Source: a virus
Direction: 5' to 3' (one strand)
DNA: 64,000 bases
IMG/VR virus record: IMGVR_UViG_3300027887_000007
Span: 1 to 64,000 of that record
Shown: positions 1 to 9,300 of the stretch, one piece after another
Layout: the number at the start of each line of letters is the position of its first letter
Position numbering within the stretch: the first letter of the stretch is position 1
Notes under the pieces: generated by a model
The model's input: the letters and a program-made list of their open reading frames with translations, nothing else
Database searches by the model: none
What the model was told of the DNA's origin: nothing
Translations under genes and position numbers: made by a program

Positions 1-447
1 GATCCTATACGCGACGGGGCCGGGGCCGCGCCCCCCGCACCTACCCCGTCTGTCCGCCCTCCTTTTCCAGGCCGCGCCCTGGCCCTTTCGCCCGTCCTTT
101 CCCTTTTCGCTCGCACCTTGCCCCTTTCCTCGTCCTTTCCCCTTTCGCCCCTACCTTTTTGATTCTATTGACCTTTCCCCGGCGCTCACCCCTCGCTTTC
201 ACCCCTCGGTTTGGGCTTTTATCATTTTCCCAAGCCAACCGGCGCCCCTTCCCGGCGCTCGCGGCGCCCGGCCTGCGCCCCGATCCCGGCGCGTTCGCTC
301 GCACATCTTCGGAACAGCCGCGCCCCCTTTTTCCCGGGCTGGCTTGCTCGCCGGTTCGTTTGAGTTTGCTCTCTTCTTATATCCCGGTCTACCGGCGCCC
401 CTCGGGAGCGGTTTGCTACCCAATCCGCCGGCAGATAACTTTTTTGC

Positions 448-476
448 TTGACAACCATATCCCGGGCTAGTATAAG
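448..476 (+). promoter_or_regulatory. sigma70-type early promoter P1
   Basis: TTGACA (448-453), 17 bp spacer, TATAAG (471-476), upstream of the first early gene. Confidence 0.85.
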
Positions 477-510
477 TGGATTATGCCTATTCACCCTAGG
501 AGAGACACCG

Positions 511-858
511 ATGATAACCCGCGATAAGCCTTTGAATCTACATGGTTTCTACCTTAATGACCGGCTCATGCGGTCGCTCCGTGAGGTAGCGGATGAGGTA
601 GAGATGTGCAATCAGGCGGCGAACCTTGAGCGTCAATCGGATGCTATTGAGGTTGCTATCAGCCAGTTGCGGGCCTTCGCCCGTGAGGTACGAGACTGCG
701 CCGATGAACTCCGCGAGATTTGGGATGATGCTCTTTTGGATGCCTATGGGAGGGGGATTCTGAACTCTCCGCACTGTGGCGGATGCGGGGAGCCGTTGTC
801 CCTTGGCAGCTCTGAGAGTTTTTGCGTTCAGTGCAAGCAACATCACGAACGCGGTTAA
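511..858 (+). CDS. early hypothetical protein with C-terminal Zn ribbon
   Basis: ATG 511 after GGAGAGAC leader; CGGC...CVQC motif. Confidence 0.7.
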   Translation: MITRDKPLNLHGFYLNDRLMRSLREVADEVEMCNQAANLERQSDAIEVAISQLRAFAREVRDCADELREIWDDALLDAYGRGILNSPHCGGCGEPLSLGSSESFCVQCKQHHERG

Positions 859-960
859 CCCCTTGGACCGTGGGCGCCTACGGGCGCCCCGGGCGTAACC
901 CAAGCGCTCATGCGTGAGCGTTTAGGCCGCGCCCGATGAGACGCGGGAAGGGAGACCGAT

Positions 961-1236
961 ATGCAACCTGTAAGCGCTTTCAATCGGACGGATTGCGAGG
1001 GGGTGTATTTGTTCCTTGCTCTCGCCCATGAGCAGGCTCACCGCTTGGTTTCGCTGGCCATAGGTGGCCAGACCGATACTTCCGTTGTGGTCGCGGCGAA
1101 CATCCGCTCCGCCATCGAGGAAGCAATGGAAGCAAGCGGATACTATGAGGATACGCCCCCGAAAGGCGCCGTCCCCGTTCCCGGGCCGCAGGAAACCGAG
1201 ATCGTCAAGGCGCTTGTTCTGACTCAGAAGTACTAA
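961..1236 (+). CDS. early hypothetical protein
   Basis: ORF behind conserved leader. Confidence 0.7.
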   Translation: MQPVSAFNRTDCEGVYLFLALAHEQAHRLVSLAIGGQTDTSVVVAANIRSAIEEAMEASGYYEDTPPKGAVPVPGPQETEIVKALVLTQKY

Positions 1237-1332
1237 CCCCGGCGCCCCGGGCGCAAGCCCGGGCGCGAGTACGCCCCTCTTCGCTGAGGGTCGTATCCGC
1301 GCCCGTAGTGACGCGGGGAAAGCGAGAGACCG

Positions 1333-1560
1333 ATGTTCGATACGACAGCTAAGGCGGTTATCGACCGTGAGCGCAACCTCATCACAATCACCCTGCCGAT
1401 GCACACCCCCACTGAATCGAAGTCCAAGAAGGTGTTCAACATTGCGAACGCTCAACTTCGCCCCCGTGGGGAGAAGGTGAACGGCGAGCAGATTGTTATC
1501 GGGGTCAACTGCTACTTCCGCAATGCGGCCTATGTCCCCGGCGAGGAAGGCGGCGAGTAG
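1333..1560 (+). CDS. early hypothetical protein
   Basis: ORF behind conserved leader. Confidence 0.75.
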   Translation: MFDTTAKAVIDRERNLITITLPMHTPTESKSKKVFNIANAQLRPRGEKVNGEQIVIGVNCYFRNAAYVPGEEGGE

Positions 1561-1638
1561 TTCCCCGGCGCGGATTAGGCGTCACGCTCCCGGGCGCGGC
1601 GCCTTACCCTCGCCGACTGAGGGAACGAAAGGGATACT

Positions 1639-1869
1639 ATGCCGAGACAATCACTGGCAGATGTAATCGACGTTGACTGCGGCCTAAACCGCGCCCTACA
1701 CAAGCTAGCCGAGGCGGAAGCAATCCTAGACGATTTGCTAACCCCGCAACCGTACCTGATATCAACCGCGCCAACCCTCACACTGAAGCAACGGCGCTTG
1801 ATCCACAGGGCTTCAAAACTCACGGCGCGAGCGAATTCGACCCTAACCGATGCGCTCACTGACTGGTAA
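1639..1869 (+). CDS. early hypothetical protein
   Basis: ORF behind hairpin and GAAAGGGA RBS. Confidence 0.65.
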   Translation: MPRQSLADVIDVDCGLNRALHKLAEAEAILDDLLTPQPYLISTAPTLTLKQRRLIHRASKLTARANSTLTDALTDW

Positions 1870-1913
1870 CCCCCGGCGCCCCGGGCCGCAAGGCCCGGGC
1901 GCGATTGCTTGTG

Positions 1914-1925
1914 TCCAATATCGGA
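1914..1925. promoter_or_regulatory. palindromic operator-like site TCCRATATYGGA (first of at least 7 copies)
   Basis: Copies at 1914, 2937, 5112, 8271, 18464, 20267 and 54321. Confidence 0.65.
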
Positions 1926-1966
1926 CGCTGGCAACCGCGCCCGTTGACGCGGGGAAAGAGAGACCT

Positions 1967-2650
1967 ATGGCATACCGTGTCCCACGCTACTCAGTCGCGC
2001 TAGTCCGCGAGGGGAACGTCACACTTGACGATTATCCCCGCTTTGCGAATAGCGCCCAATGTTGGCGATACTTCCGGCCCATCTTCCAAGACTTCGACCG
2101 TGAGCATTTCGCCGTGGTAACCCTTGACGCAAAGAACCGCATGATTGGCTTTCAAGTAGTCTCGGTTGGCTCGCTCTCCGACTCGATTGTTATCCCACGG
2201 GAAACCATGAAGGCCGCTATCCTGCAAAGCGCCGCTGCCGTCATCTGTCTTCACAATCACCCTTCGGGCGACTCAGCGCCGAGCCGGGAAGATCGCGCCT
2301 GCACCGAGAGACTAGCCCGGGCTTTCGGTCTGGTAGGTATCCGCTTGCTAGACCACATCGTCATCGGCCTAGACGATTACTTCAGTTTTGCCGATGCGGG
2401 GATTATCTCCCAAGCTCCAGAGCAAACCCCGGCGCCCGGGCGCCTTGACGTTGTAGCCGAGGATACCCCGGCCAAGCGGCGCCCCGCTTGCTGGAATTGC
2501 GGCCAAACGGACAAGCTCTTCCGCGTGACAATCACCTCACTGGAGACCGCCGAACTGGTAGATTCCGAGGTCTATTGTGACGATTGCTTGGAAGACGCCG
2601 CAGTGGAAACCCGAACCGGGATTAGTCTCACAATCGCCGACAGGCGCTAG
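1967..2650 (+). CDS. radC: RadC-like JAB/MPN+ domain protein with C-terminal Zn ribbon
   Basis: REHF...HNHPSGDSAPSRED...LLDHIVIG JAB motif; CWNC...CDDC tail; start 1967 follows the leader motif. Confidence 0.9.
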   Translation: MAYRVPRYSVALVREGNVTLDDYPRFANSAQCWRYFRPIFQDFDREHFAVVTLDAKNRMIGFQVVSVGSLSDSIVIPRETMKAAILQSAAAVICLHNHPSGDSAPSREDRACTERLARAFGLVGIRLLDHIVIGLDDYFSFADAGIISQAPEQTPAPGRLDVVAEDTPAKRRPACWNCGQTDKLFRVTITSLETAELVDSEVYCDDCLEDAAVETRTGISLTIADRR

Positions 2651-2720
2651 GCTCGCATTGGGGGCGCGACTACGGTCGCGCCTCGATTGCGCCCCTATGG
2701 CGCGGAAAGGCTAGGAGATC

Positions 2721-2936
2721 ATGGGACGTTGCGAGGATTACCCTTGTTGCGGTCACACCCCGGGCGATTGCCCAACCCGAGACAAGCATGGGCGCGAGCG
2801 CTGGACTTGCGTTGAGTGCGGAAAGCGACTCCCGCTCAAAGCGCATTCCTCGATTTGCGACAGGTGCATGAGGCGGGCTTACCGGCGCTACAACGAGACC
2901 GGAGAGATGTGGCCAGACTCTCCCGAGTGCTACTAA
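2721..2936 (+). CDS. Cys-rich early protein (RCEDxPCCG type)
   Basis: GRCEDYPCCGH and CVEC..CDRC motifs. Confidence 0.7.
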   Translation: MGRCEDYPCCGHTPGDCPTRDKHGRERWTCVECGKRLPLKAHSSICDRCMRRAYRRYNETGEMWPDSPECY

Positions 2937-3043
2937 TCCAATATCGGACGGGCGCGACTTCCCCGGTCGCGCCCCAATCCCGCAATGATCCTACCTGCAA
3001 AGGGTTGGCTCATTCCGCGATTGTCGCGGGGAAAGAGAGACCT

Positions 3044-3220
3044 ATGAGAGAGACTCTTACACGTTTGGGGGTATCGGCGGCGCTTGTGAGTCTGCTAGCC
3101 GTCTGCGCCTTGCTCAACTGGCATGAGACGGGGCAGGTGTGCGGCGCCGTTGTCATCTTCGGGCTTTTGCTTGCTTTTCTCAACAACAACATCCGGGGGG
3201 GCGTATGGCGGCGCGGTTAA
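3044..3220 (+). CDS. small membrane protein
   Basis: Leader motif; two hydrophobic segments. Confidence 0.6.
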   Translation: MRETLTRLGVSAALVSLLAVCALLNWHETGQVCGAVVIFGLLLAFLNNNIRGGVWRRG

Positions 3221-3423
3221 GCGAGCGCTTTGACCTTTACGGAGCGCTTTACCTCTTCCTGACGCAGTACCACAGTGGCCAGTGGAGCAGGGGTTACCGC
3301 TTGCTTTGCCGATTGCAACGGCGCTACAAGCCCGGGCTAACCGTCCAAAGCGGAAGGTTCGAAACCCCCGAGATGCGCTGGCTCTATCACTACTTTGTTC
3401 GTCACTACAAAGACAAGGTGTGA
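3205..3423 (+). CDS. early hypothetical protein (YHxGQxSxxY motif)
   Basis: ATG 3205; motif recognised from small phage proteins. Confidence 0.65.
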   Translation: MAARLSERFDLYGALYLFLTQYHSGQWSRGYRLLCRLQRRYKPGLTVQSGRFETPEMRWLYHYFVRHYKDKV

Positions 3424-3426
3424 CCT

Positions 3427-3618
3427 ATGGAATACCGTATCGAACTGAAAGACGTTGAACCGCAAATCGACAGTCCGCAAGCGGCGCCCCGCACCTTCCG
3501 TTGTTTCGGGTGTGAGAAGCTCATCACCGCACTCGAATTCTTGGAAGGGAAAGGCCTTTGCGAACTCTGCTATCTCGCAGAGTACTTTGACACTTGGGAC
3601 CGGAAGCACTCCAAGTGA
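3427..3618 (+). CDS. small Zn-finger protein
   Basis: CFGC...CELC. Confidence 0.6.
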   Translation: MEYRIELKDVEPQIDSPQAAPRTFRCFGCEKLITALEFLEGKGLCELCYLAEYFDTWDRKHSK

Positions 3619-3689
3619 TTCCCGAGGGGGCGTCACGCTCACGGGCGCGGCGCCCTTCCGCGAATTCACGCGGGGAAAGCAGAGAGACT

Positions 3690-4184
3690 ATGACACCGAA
3701 AGCGCAGTCAGTGAAACCCGATAACCCCTTGGTCGCGCCGAATTCGGCCTACCAGAGATGCCTTGACACAATCGCATGGGCCAAGGGTGACCTCGCCGCA
3801 GTGAACACCCTCACGGGCGCGAGCGCCGACGAAAAGAAAAAGCGGGGCGATCATGTCATCTTCCACAGTGTTCAAGCGGCCTACTTCCCGAACAAGGGGG
3901 GGACGCATCACCGAGACAAAGGGCAACTCCCGCCGTGGGACAAGCCCGAGGGCAGACTGCGAGAGTACAAAACCCAAAGCGCAGTAGTTGAAATGGCGCT
4001 CAACATGGGCGTACAGCTCACCTTCGCCGGTTTTGTAATGCTCTTAGCCGCACTGGACTCCGCGCCGGTTCGTGAGGCGCTTGCTGCCGAGATGCGGCGC
4101 CGCATTCACGAAGAGGTAGAGAAAGCCCGTAAGGCCGCAGCGGAAGAGGCCCGAATGGTACTCGATTCTTCCCTCGGTCTGTGA
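3690..4184 (+). CDS. early hypothetical protein
   Basis: Start after leader motif. Confidence 0.7.
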   Translation: MTPKAQSVKPDNPLVAPNSAYQRCLDTIAWAKGDLAAVNTLTGASADEKKKRGDHVIFHSVQAAYFPNKGGTHHRDKGQLPPWDKPEGRLREYKTQSAVVEMALNMGVQLTFAGFVMLLAALDSAPVREALAAEMRRRIHEEVEKARKAAAEEARMVLDSSLGL

Positions 4185-4255
4185 GGCATTGGGGAGCGGC
4201 GCGACTCCGGTCGCGCCCCTCTTCCGCGCCTTTCACGCGGGGAAAGCAGAGACCT

Positions 4256-4540
4256 ATGGATAAGACTAAGCACACTGCCGGACCTTGGACATACTCCAAG
4301 GGCAGCGACGGCTGGAGTGTTCACGAACAAGGGAAGTGGCTGGCCCGGGTTATCGCAAGCGGGATCTCCAACGAGAAAGACGCTCAGTTGATCGCCGCAG
4401 CGCCCGTCATGCTCTCCACTCTCGTCGATTTGCTCACTGACCTCGAAAACAACGGGGAAATCTACGTCACCGACAACGCTCGCACCAACCTGCTAGAAGA
4501 AGCAATCTCCGAGGCGGGTTACGACCTTGAAAGGGTGTAA
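4256..4540 (+). CDS. phage protein (HTxGPW...LIAAAP family)
   Basis: KHTAGPW and DAQLIAAAPVML motifs; leader motif. Confidence 0.8.
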   Translation: MDKTKHTAGPWTYSKGSDGWSVHEQGKWLARVIASGISNEKDAQLIAAAPVMLSTLVDLLTDLENNGEIYVTDNARTNLLEEAISEAGYDLERV

Positions 4541-4544
4541 GCCA

Positions 4545-5087
4545 ATGCCAAAGAAACCCGAGTTAGCAGAAATCAAAATCAAGCTCATTCCCGATGAGTC
4601 ACCGGACACAAGCACAATCGGGCGATACACGGACGATTACGAAAAGGGCTGTATCGTTCGCGCCCTCGGCGATTTTTACGACCGCCTACCGGAAGATGCC
4701 GACTTCCCCGAACGGGGGCGCGAGTATCGGTACTTCGTCCCTTACGCCGCAGGTGAGCCGGTTGGATCGGACCTCTTCTACAAGTACGGCATGGAAGATT
4801 TCCACCGCATGGAAACCCTTTACCGGGGCGATTGGGGTTACCTCGGTATCGTCGCCGTGGCGAAAGTCAAAGTCTTCCACTATGAGGGAGCGCCTGACTT
4901 CCGGATCATGGAGTTTACTTCAATGGGGCTTTGGGGTGTGGAGTCTGACTCCGATATCCCATACCTGCAAAACATCGGGCGCGAGGAACTGGAAGACCTC
5001 CGAGACACCCTCGCTTGCTTTGGTCTGCGAATACCTGACAGCAAGTGGGAAAAAACCTGCAAGGAAGCGCTGGACACCATGATCTAA
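4545..5087 (+). CDS. early hypothetical protein
   Basis: GDWGYLGI...LWGVESD motif; coding-like composition. Confidence 0.7.
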   Translation: MPKKPELAEIKIKLIPDESPDTSTIGRYTDDYEKGCIVRALGDFYDRLPEDADFPERGREYRYFVPYAAGEPVGSDLFYKYGMEDFHRMETLYRGDWGYLGIVAVAKVKVFHYEGAPDFRIMEFTSMGLWGVESDSDIPYLQNIGREELEDLRDTLACFGLRIPDSKWEKTCKEALDTMI

Positions 5088-5170
5088 GCGGGGGGCGAAT
5101 TGGCGCCCCTGTCCAATATCGGACGGGGCGCCATTCCGTTCTCATGCCGAGACGGGGAAAGAGAGACAGT

Positions 5171-5890
5171 ATGGAAGAGACCGAAACCTACGAACCGCCG
5201 TACAAAATCGAAGCAAGGAAAGCCAAGGCCGAACTGTCGGCGCTGGCTGCCGAAATCGCAACGCACTTGAATGCGCTGGACACCGAAGGCCCGGAGATGC
5301 TCCGAACGTGGGAGCTAAACGCGAGCGTGGGAAACTATGACCGCCTGGTAGAGATCCGCCACGGGGATAGCGACGAGCGCCTGTGGGTTAGCTTCTCCTA
5401 CCGTGAGACGGAGAAGATCCACATCGAAGGCCGATTCCCCACGTTCCGTGACGGGAACAAACCCTATGCCGCAGAGAAACCCTACAACGTAGCCGCCCCT
5501 TGGATGTCGATTGGCGCATCGAAGAGCAAAGGGGCAAAGAAGATCGCCGGGGATATCGTGAGGCGCCTGCTACCGGACTATCGGGCGCAACTGGCCAAGG
5601 TTCAGGAAGTAATCCGCGACACTCACGCCGCTTGGGACAAACGGAACGAGAAGGTACAGGCAATCTGCCGGTTGCTTGGCAAAGAGCAGGATAGGCGGGG
5701 CGACGAGTCCAAGGTCACCCCGAGCGTGATTTTGTTCTCTACAGACCACAGCCAGCGCATTGAAGTTGCGTTTGAGTATGACGGCGACATTCAGATTACT
5801 CTACGGACTAACCACTTCCCCACGGCGAGCATGATCGCAAGCGCAATGAAGGGACTAATCGACAGAATCAACGCAAGCGAGACCGTGTAG
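5171..5890 (+). CDS. early hypothetical protein
   Basis: Start after leader motif; long ORF. Confidence 0.75.
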   Translation: MEETETYEPPYKIEARKAKAELSALAAEIATHLNALDTEGPEMLRTWELNASVGNYDRLVEIRHGDSDERLWVSFSYRETEKIHIEGRFPTFRDGNKPYAAEKPYNVAAPWMSIGASKSKGAKKIAGDIVRRLLPDYRAQLAKVQEVIRDTHAAWDKRNEKVQAICRLLGKEQDRRGDESKVTPSVILFSTDHSQRIEVAFEYDGDIQITLRTNHFPTASMIASAMKGLIDRINASETV

Positions 5891-5956
5891 CGCATCGGCG
5901 GCGCGACTACGGTCGCGCCCCCGTTGCGCCGCATTGGGCGCGGAAAGGTAGAGAAC

Positions 5957-6307
5957 ATGAAAGGAAAAGGCGATTGGCGCGTCGAATTCGGGCCAGACTG
6001 GGACGTACCGCCGTGCATCGAAACCGCGCCCGAATTGGCGGATGACAGTTGGAAGAACGATACCTGTCCCTCATTTATATGGATAGGGGACTCCGACGAT
6101 GAGCCTAACCTGCGGCTCTTCTGCGACTACCCCACGGAAGAGGGCAGAGAAGAGACGGAATCATTCCGGTACTCCATTCACGGCTGCACTGATCCGCTTG
6201 ACGAACTCTCTTTTGAAACCCTGTGGGAAGGGAACGACCCGGAAGAGGCAGTGCGACAGATGAGAGAACTTGCGCGGATCTGGCATGAGAACGACCCCGT
6301 AGAGTAG
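5957..6307 (+). CDS. acidic early protein (DxSWxNDxCPSF motif)
   Basis: Motif recognised from phage hypothetical proteins; leader hairpin. Confidence 0.75.
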   Translation: MKGKGDWRVEFGPDWDVPPCIETAPELADDSWKNDTCPSFIWIGDSDDEPNLRLFCDYPTEEGREETESFRYSIHGCTDPLDELSFETLWEGNDPEEAVRQMRELARIWHENDPVE

Positions 6308-6324
6308 AGCGCAGCGGATTTTAC

Positions 6325-6354
6325 TTGACAACATTTTGTCGATCCCGGTATAAC
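6325..6354 (+). promoter_or_regulatory. sigma70-type early promoter P2
   Basis: TTGACA (6325-6330), 18 bp spacer, TATAAC (6349-6354); shares CTTGACAAC with P1. Confidence 0.8.
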
Positions 6355-6378
6355 TACTCTACGAAAGGAGAGACCGCT

Positions 6379-6582
6379 ATGGCAACAAAAGCGACAAGCC
6401 CTCAGCGAGCCGTGGAACTCCAGAAGAAAGCGAAGAAGCAAGTCTTCGCAATCATCAGGAAAACCCCGTTCGGATTGGGCGACTTGGATCAGGACAACTT
6501 CACCTTCAGTATGGACCGGATCACCAACGCGCTTTTTGAGGCGTGGACTCGCGGCTACGAAGAAGGAGTCAAGCGCTCGTGA
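6379..6582 (+). CDS. early hypothetical protein
   Basis: AAGGAGAGACC RBS. Confidence 0.7.
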   Translation: MATKATSPQRAVELQKKAKKQVFAIIRKTPFGLGDLDQDNFTFSMDRITNALFEAWTRGYEEGVKRS

Positions 6583-6815
6583 GAAACTTCAACGCGATCA
6601 TTGAAGTCAAAAACACGCGGTTCTGGAAGCACCCGCCGATGAGGGTCTCGGTCCAAGCCACTTCCTTCCCGGTCGCCATTGCGAAGGCCGGGAAGGAAGC
6701 TCGCAAGCTGATCCGCAAGCGAGAGAGGATAACCGAGATCAGGGTACACGTTATCGCTTCCAAAGTACCAGTCCAGCCAAAGACGGAGAAAGCCAATGGA
6801 AACTCCGTTGCGTAG
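6579..6815 (+). CDS. basic early hypothetical protein
   Basis: GTGA overlap with the upstream stop. Confidence 0.6.
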   Translation: MRNFNAIIEVKNTRFWKHPPMRVSVQATSFPVAIAKAGKEARKLIRKRERITEIRVHVIASKVPVQPKTEKANGNSVA

Positions 6816-7038
6816 CACAGTCAACAAGCCCGGGATTGAGAGGGCAATCCGCCGCGACTTCAGACAGAACAGCAGGATGCGCCCCCACTGGAAGGACTCC
6901 GAATTCTTCTACGAGCATGGCCAATGGTGGGCCGGTTGTAGGTATTGCGGAGCGCAGTGGAGCGTAGTCGATTGCGTCTCTCTCTCGGGCGAGGATTACT
7001 TTGACTTTGAACTCGTAACCAAAGGGGACACAGAATGA
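6796..7038 (+). CDS. early hypothetical protein
   Basis: GGAG RBS; FYEHGQWW and CRYC motifs. Confidence 0.65.
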   Translation: METPLRSTVNKPGIERAIRRDFRQNSRMRPHWKDSEFFYEHGQWWAGCRYCGAQWSVVDCVSLSGEDYFDFELVTKGDTE

Positions 7039-7442
7039 GCGACCACGTAGAGGTAGAGAAACGGCTCAACTTGGACGTTCGCTACCGGGAGATCGGCGGC
7101 GTAACCGAGTCCAGCCTGACCGCCGCTCGCAAGCTGATCCCCTACCCCCATCAGTACCCCTCGCACATCGTTCTGGTCCAAGACCGGAGCGGGTATTACA
7201 CCTATGTCCTCTTTCGGATCAGCTCCAGCCGTCCCTGTGAATCGGTAGTCGCATTGCAGTTTGACGGATTCAGTTGGGGATACTCGGGAGAGGGTCCGAG
7301 GGGACTTCAAGCGCTGTTTGAACTGTGCGACTACCTTCCGCCGGAATACCTACCGCCTGCCGGTAGTGACGGTGCGTGGATCTGCTTTCCAGACGGGCGC
7401 GTTCGCAGTATCGAAGAGTTCGCGTATTACCGCCTTGTTTGA
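7035..7442 (+). CDS. hypothetical protein, DUF6166-like motif
   Basis: GFSWGYSGEGPRGL motif; ATGA overlap. Confidence 0.6.
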   Translation: MSDHVEVEKRLNLDVRYREIGGVTESSLTAARKLIPYPHQYPSHIVLVQDRSGYYTYVLFRISSSRPCESVVALQFDGFSWGYSGEGPRGLQALFELCDYLPPEYLPPAGSDGAWICFPDGRVRSIEEFAYYRLV

Positions 7443-7513
7443 CATTGGAGCGGGCGCCGCGCCCCCCGGCGTGGCTTCCGTCCTTGTGTTACAGCAAGGG
7501 GAAAGAGAGACCT

Positions 7514-8251
7514 ATGGCAGCAGAACTGGCAGAACTGGAAGTTGAAGAGATACCGCCTGAGATCCTCGCAGAGCAGGAGAGGCGCCGCGCCAAGCTGAAG
7601 CTGGACTGGCCGATGGAATTGCCGTGGATGCGACAACTGCGGCCTACCAAGCTACAGGCGGCGCCCAAGCCACGCATCGAGAAACCCGAGAAGGCAATCG
7701 CCCGGATCGAAAAGGAGATCAGGACCGCCGTAGCCAAGCAACCGTTCAACAACTGCGACCGGCACATCGGCCAGAAGTTGGACGGCGGGAAGAAAACCGA
7801 TTACTACATGAAGGCGAGCGACGGGCATCGCGCCTTGCTCGTAGCTCAGACGAAGAAGTACAAACCCCCGGTTGTCCCCGAACAAAAACAGTGGCTTGTC
7901 AGTCACCTGCCGACCGATGAGAGCCGCATGGCGAGGATCGAAGATCCGCAATTCCACACCGCTCTGCGCCGGATGGAATGCGTGAACCAAGACGATCACA
8001 GGGTAGGCATCACGTTCTGGAAGGACTCACAGGAGATCGAACTCACATCGAAGAGTGAGGATATGGAAGGGACCGAAATCATCCCGGCGAAGGTCTACAA
8101 GAGCGGGTACATCGACGTTAGCGCAAGCTACCTGCTATCAGCCCTCGGGGTTTGGCCGGTTGACTTCCACATGGAGGGCAATCGAACGCCGATCACGATT
8201 GTTCCGGTGTGGCGCCCGTTTCTCTTCGTGTTCATGCCAATCGTCGTTTGA
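7514..8251 (+). CDS. protein with DNA polymerase III beta-clamp-like C-terminal half
   Basis: ASDGHRA (compare DnaN ATDGHRL), YLLSAL...P...FVFMPI terminus. Confidence 0.55.
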   Translation: MAAELAELEVEEIPPEILAEQERRRAKLKLDWPMELPWMRQLRPTKLQAAPKPRIEKPEKAIARIEKEIRTAVAKQPFNNCDRHIGQKLDGGKKTDYYMKASDGHRALLVAQTKKYKPPVVPEQKQWLVSHLPTDESRMARIEDPQFHTALRRMECVNQDDHRVGITFWKDSQEIELTSKSEDMEGTEIIPAKVYKSGYIDVSASYLLSALGVWPVDFHMEGNRTPITIVPVWRPFLFVFMPIVV

Positions 8252-8322
8252 GTGTCGATTCCGCGCCGTGTCCGATATTGGACATGGCGGGGAACCGCTA
8301 CTGAGGCGGGGAAAGGAGACCA

Positions 8323-8562
8323 ATGCCAGACAAGAGATTCATCGTCATCTCGTATGACGACGACCAGCAGCAGGCGTTCTACGACGGAGTAGAGGCCGAG
8401 AGCAATGCGGAAGCCCTGCTACTCATAGCCGAGGCTCGCCCATACGCTATCCCGGTCGATTGCTGCGACCTCGATACCTTCGCGTCAATCGCAACGGCTT
8501 GCTTCGTGGACAGGCGGGACATCCTCACCCGGGACTACAACCCGCTGGAGGTAAAGGAATGA
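8323..8562 (+). CDS. early hypothetical protein
   Basis: Leader motif. Confidence 0.7.
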   Translation: MPDKRFIVISYDDDQQQAFYDGVEAESNAEALLLIAEARPYAIPVDCCDLDTFASIATACFVDRRDILTRDYNPLEVKE

Positions 8563-8750
8563 GATGCCAATGCGCGGACCCCGGCTGCCCGGCCCACAAG
8601 GGGAAGAGCCGATGCGAGAAGAAGGGGACTCGCAGGAAACTGTGGCGCATCGACTATGCGGGATTCGATTCCTTCAAGTTCTGCCCCGCTTGTTTCGATG
8701 ACGCGATGGAAAGCGGATTCTTTACCGATCACGCGCCCAAGAGGTACTGA
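8559..8750 (+). CDS. Cys-rich small protein
   Basis: CQCADPGCPAH...C...CPAC; ATGA overlap. Confidence 0.65.
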   Translation: MRCQCADPGCPAHKGKSRCEKKGTRRKLWRIDYAGFDSFKFCPACFDDAMESGFFTDHAPKRY

Positions 8751-8752
8751 CA

Positions 8753-8986
8753 ATGCAAAAGCTACAGGCGGACGAACTCAGGGAGAACCTCATCGTGAAG
8801 GGGCGCAACGGTGACTTCCACCATGTAACCACCGAGGTAAGCATCCAAGAGGACGGCAAGGCGCGAGTGGGGATCTTCTCCCGGCGAAGGGGAGACTGTG
8901 ATGAGCCGCCCGTGTACTTCATCGGCCCTCAGGATATGTTGCTTGCCTACTTCAACGCGATCACAACGATGTTGCGAGACGAATAA
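8753..8986 (+). CDS. early hypothetical protein
   Basis: GAGG RBS; tightly packed. Confidence 0.6.
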   Translation: MQKLQADELRENLIVKGRNGDFHHVTTEVSIQEDGKARVGIFSRRRGDCDEPPVYFIGPQDMLLAYFNAITTMLRDE

Positions 8987-9003
8987 GACAGGAGAGACCA
9001 TAG

Positions 9004-9300
9004 ATGCCGAAAAAGAACAAACAGCTAGAAAGGATGATCGACCTCGCCGATGCGGCGTACCCGGACGGCTACGTGCGGATGTACCACGAAGACCGGAAGC
9101 GCAATAACGGCGACTCGATGGCGAGGTTTATCGCCTTGGAAATTGAGTCCCTCTGTGAGGGCGTAACCGTAAGCGACGGCTTGCTCATGGAAGACCTCAT
9201 CCGGGCTTTCACCACTGCCATCACCGAACTGGAGGCGGTCAGAAACGCCTTCGAGAACGCATCCCTCAACCTCAGTGTCACCTTGGGAGACAAAGCATGA
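9004..9300 (+). CDS. early hypothetical protein
   Basis: AGGAGAGACC RBS; AYPDG...GDSMARFI motif. Confidence 0.7.
   Translation: MPKKNKQLERMIDLADAAYPDGYVRMYHEDRKRNNGDSMARFIALEIESLCEGVTVSDGLLMEDLIRAFTTAITELEAVRNAFENASLNLSVTLGDKA

Noticed and set aside
41-494. ORFs in the left-end region
   Set aside because: Low-complexity translations of the pyrimidine/purine tract upstream of the first promoter.
930-1630. Hammerhead ribozymes in the leaders (CCGATGAG/CTGAGG...GAAA)
   Set aside because: No complete CUGANGA-stem II-GAAA core is conserved across copies.
1935-1960. Self-target of array 1 in the early leader under an NNx code
   Set aside because: Only a partial match (GC.CC.GT then GC.GG) that needs a register shift; compatible with chance in GC-rich DNA.
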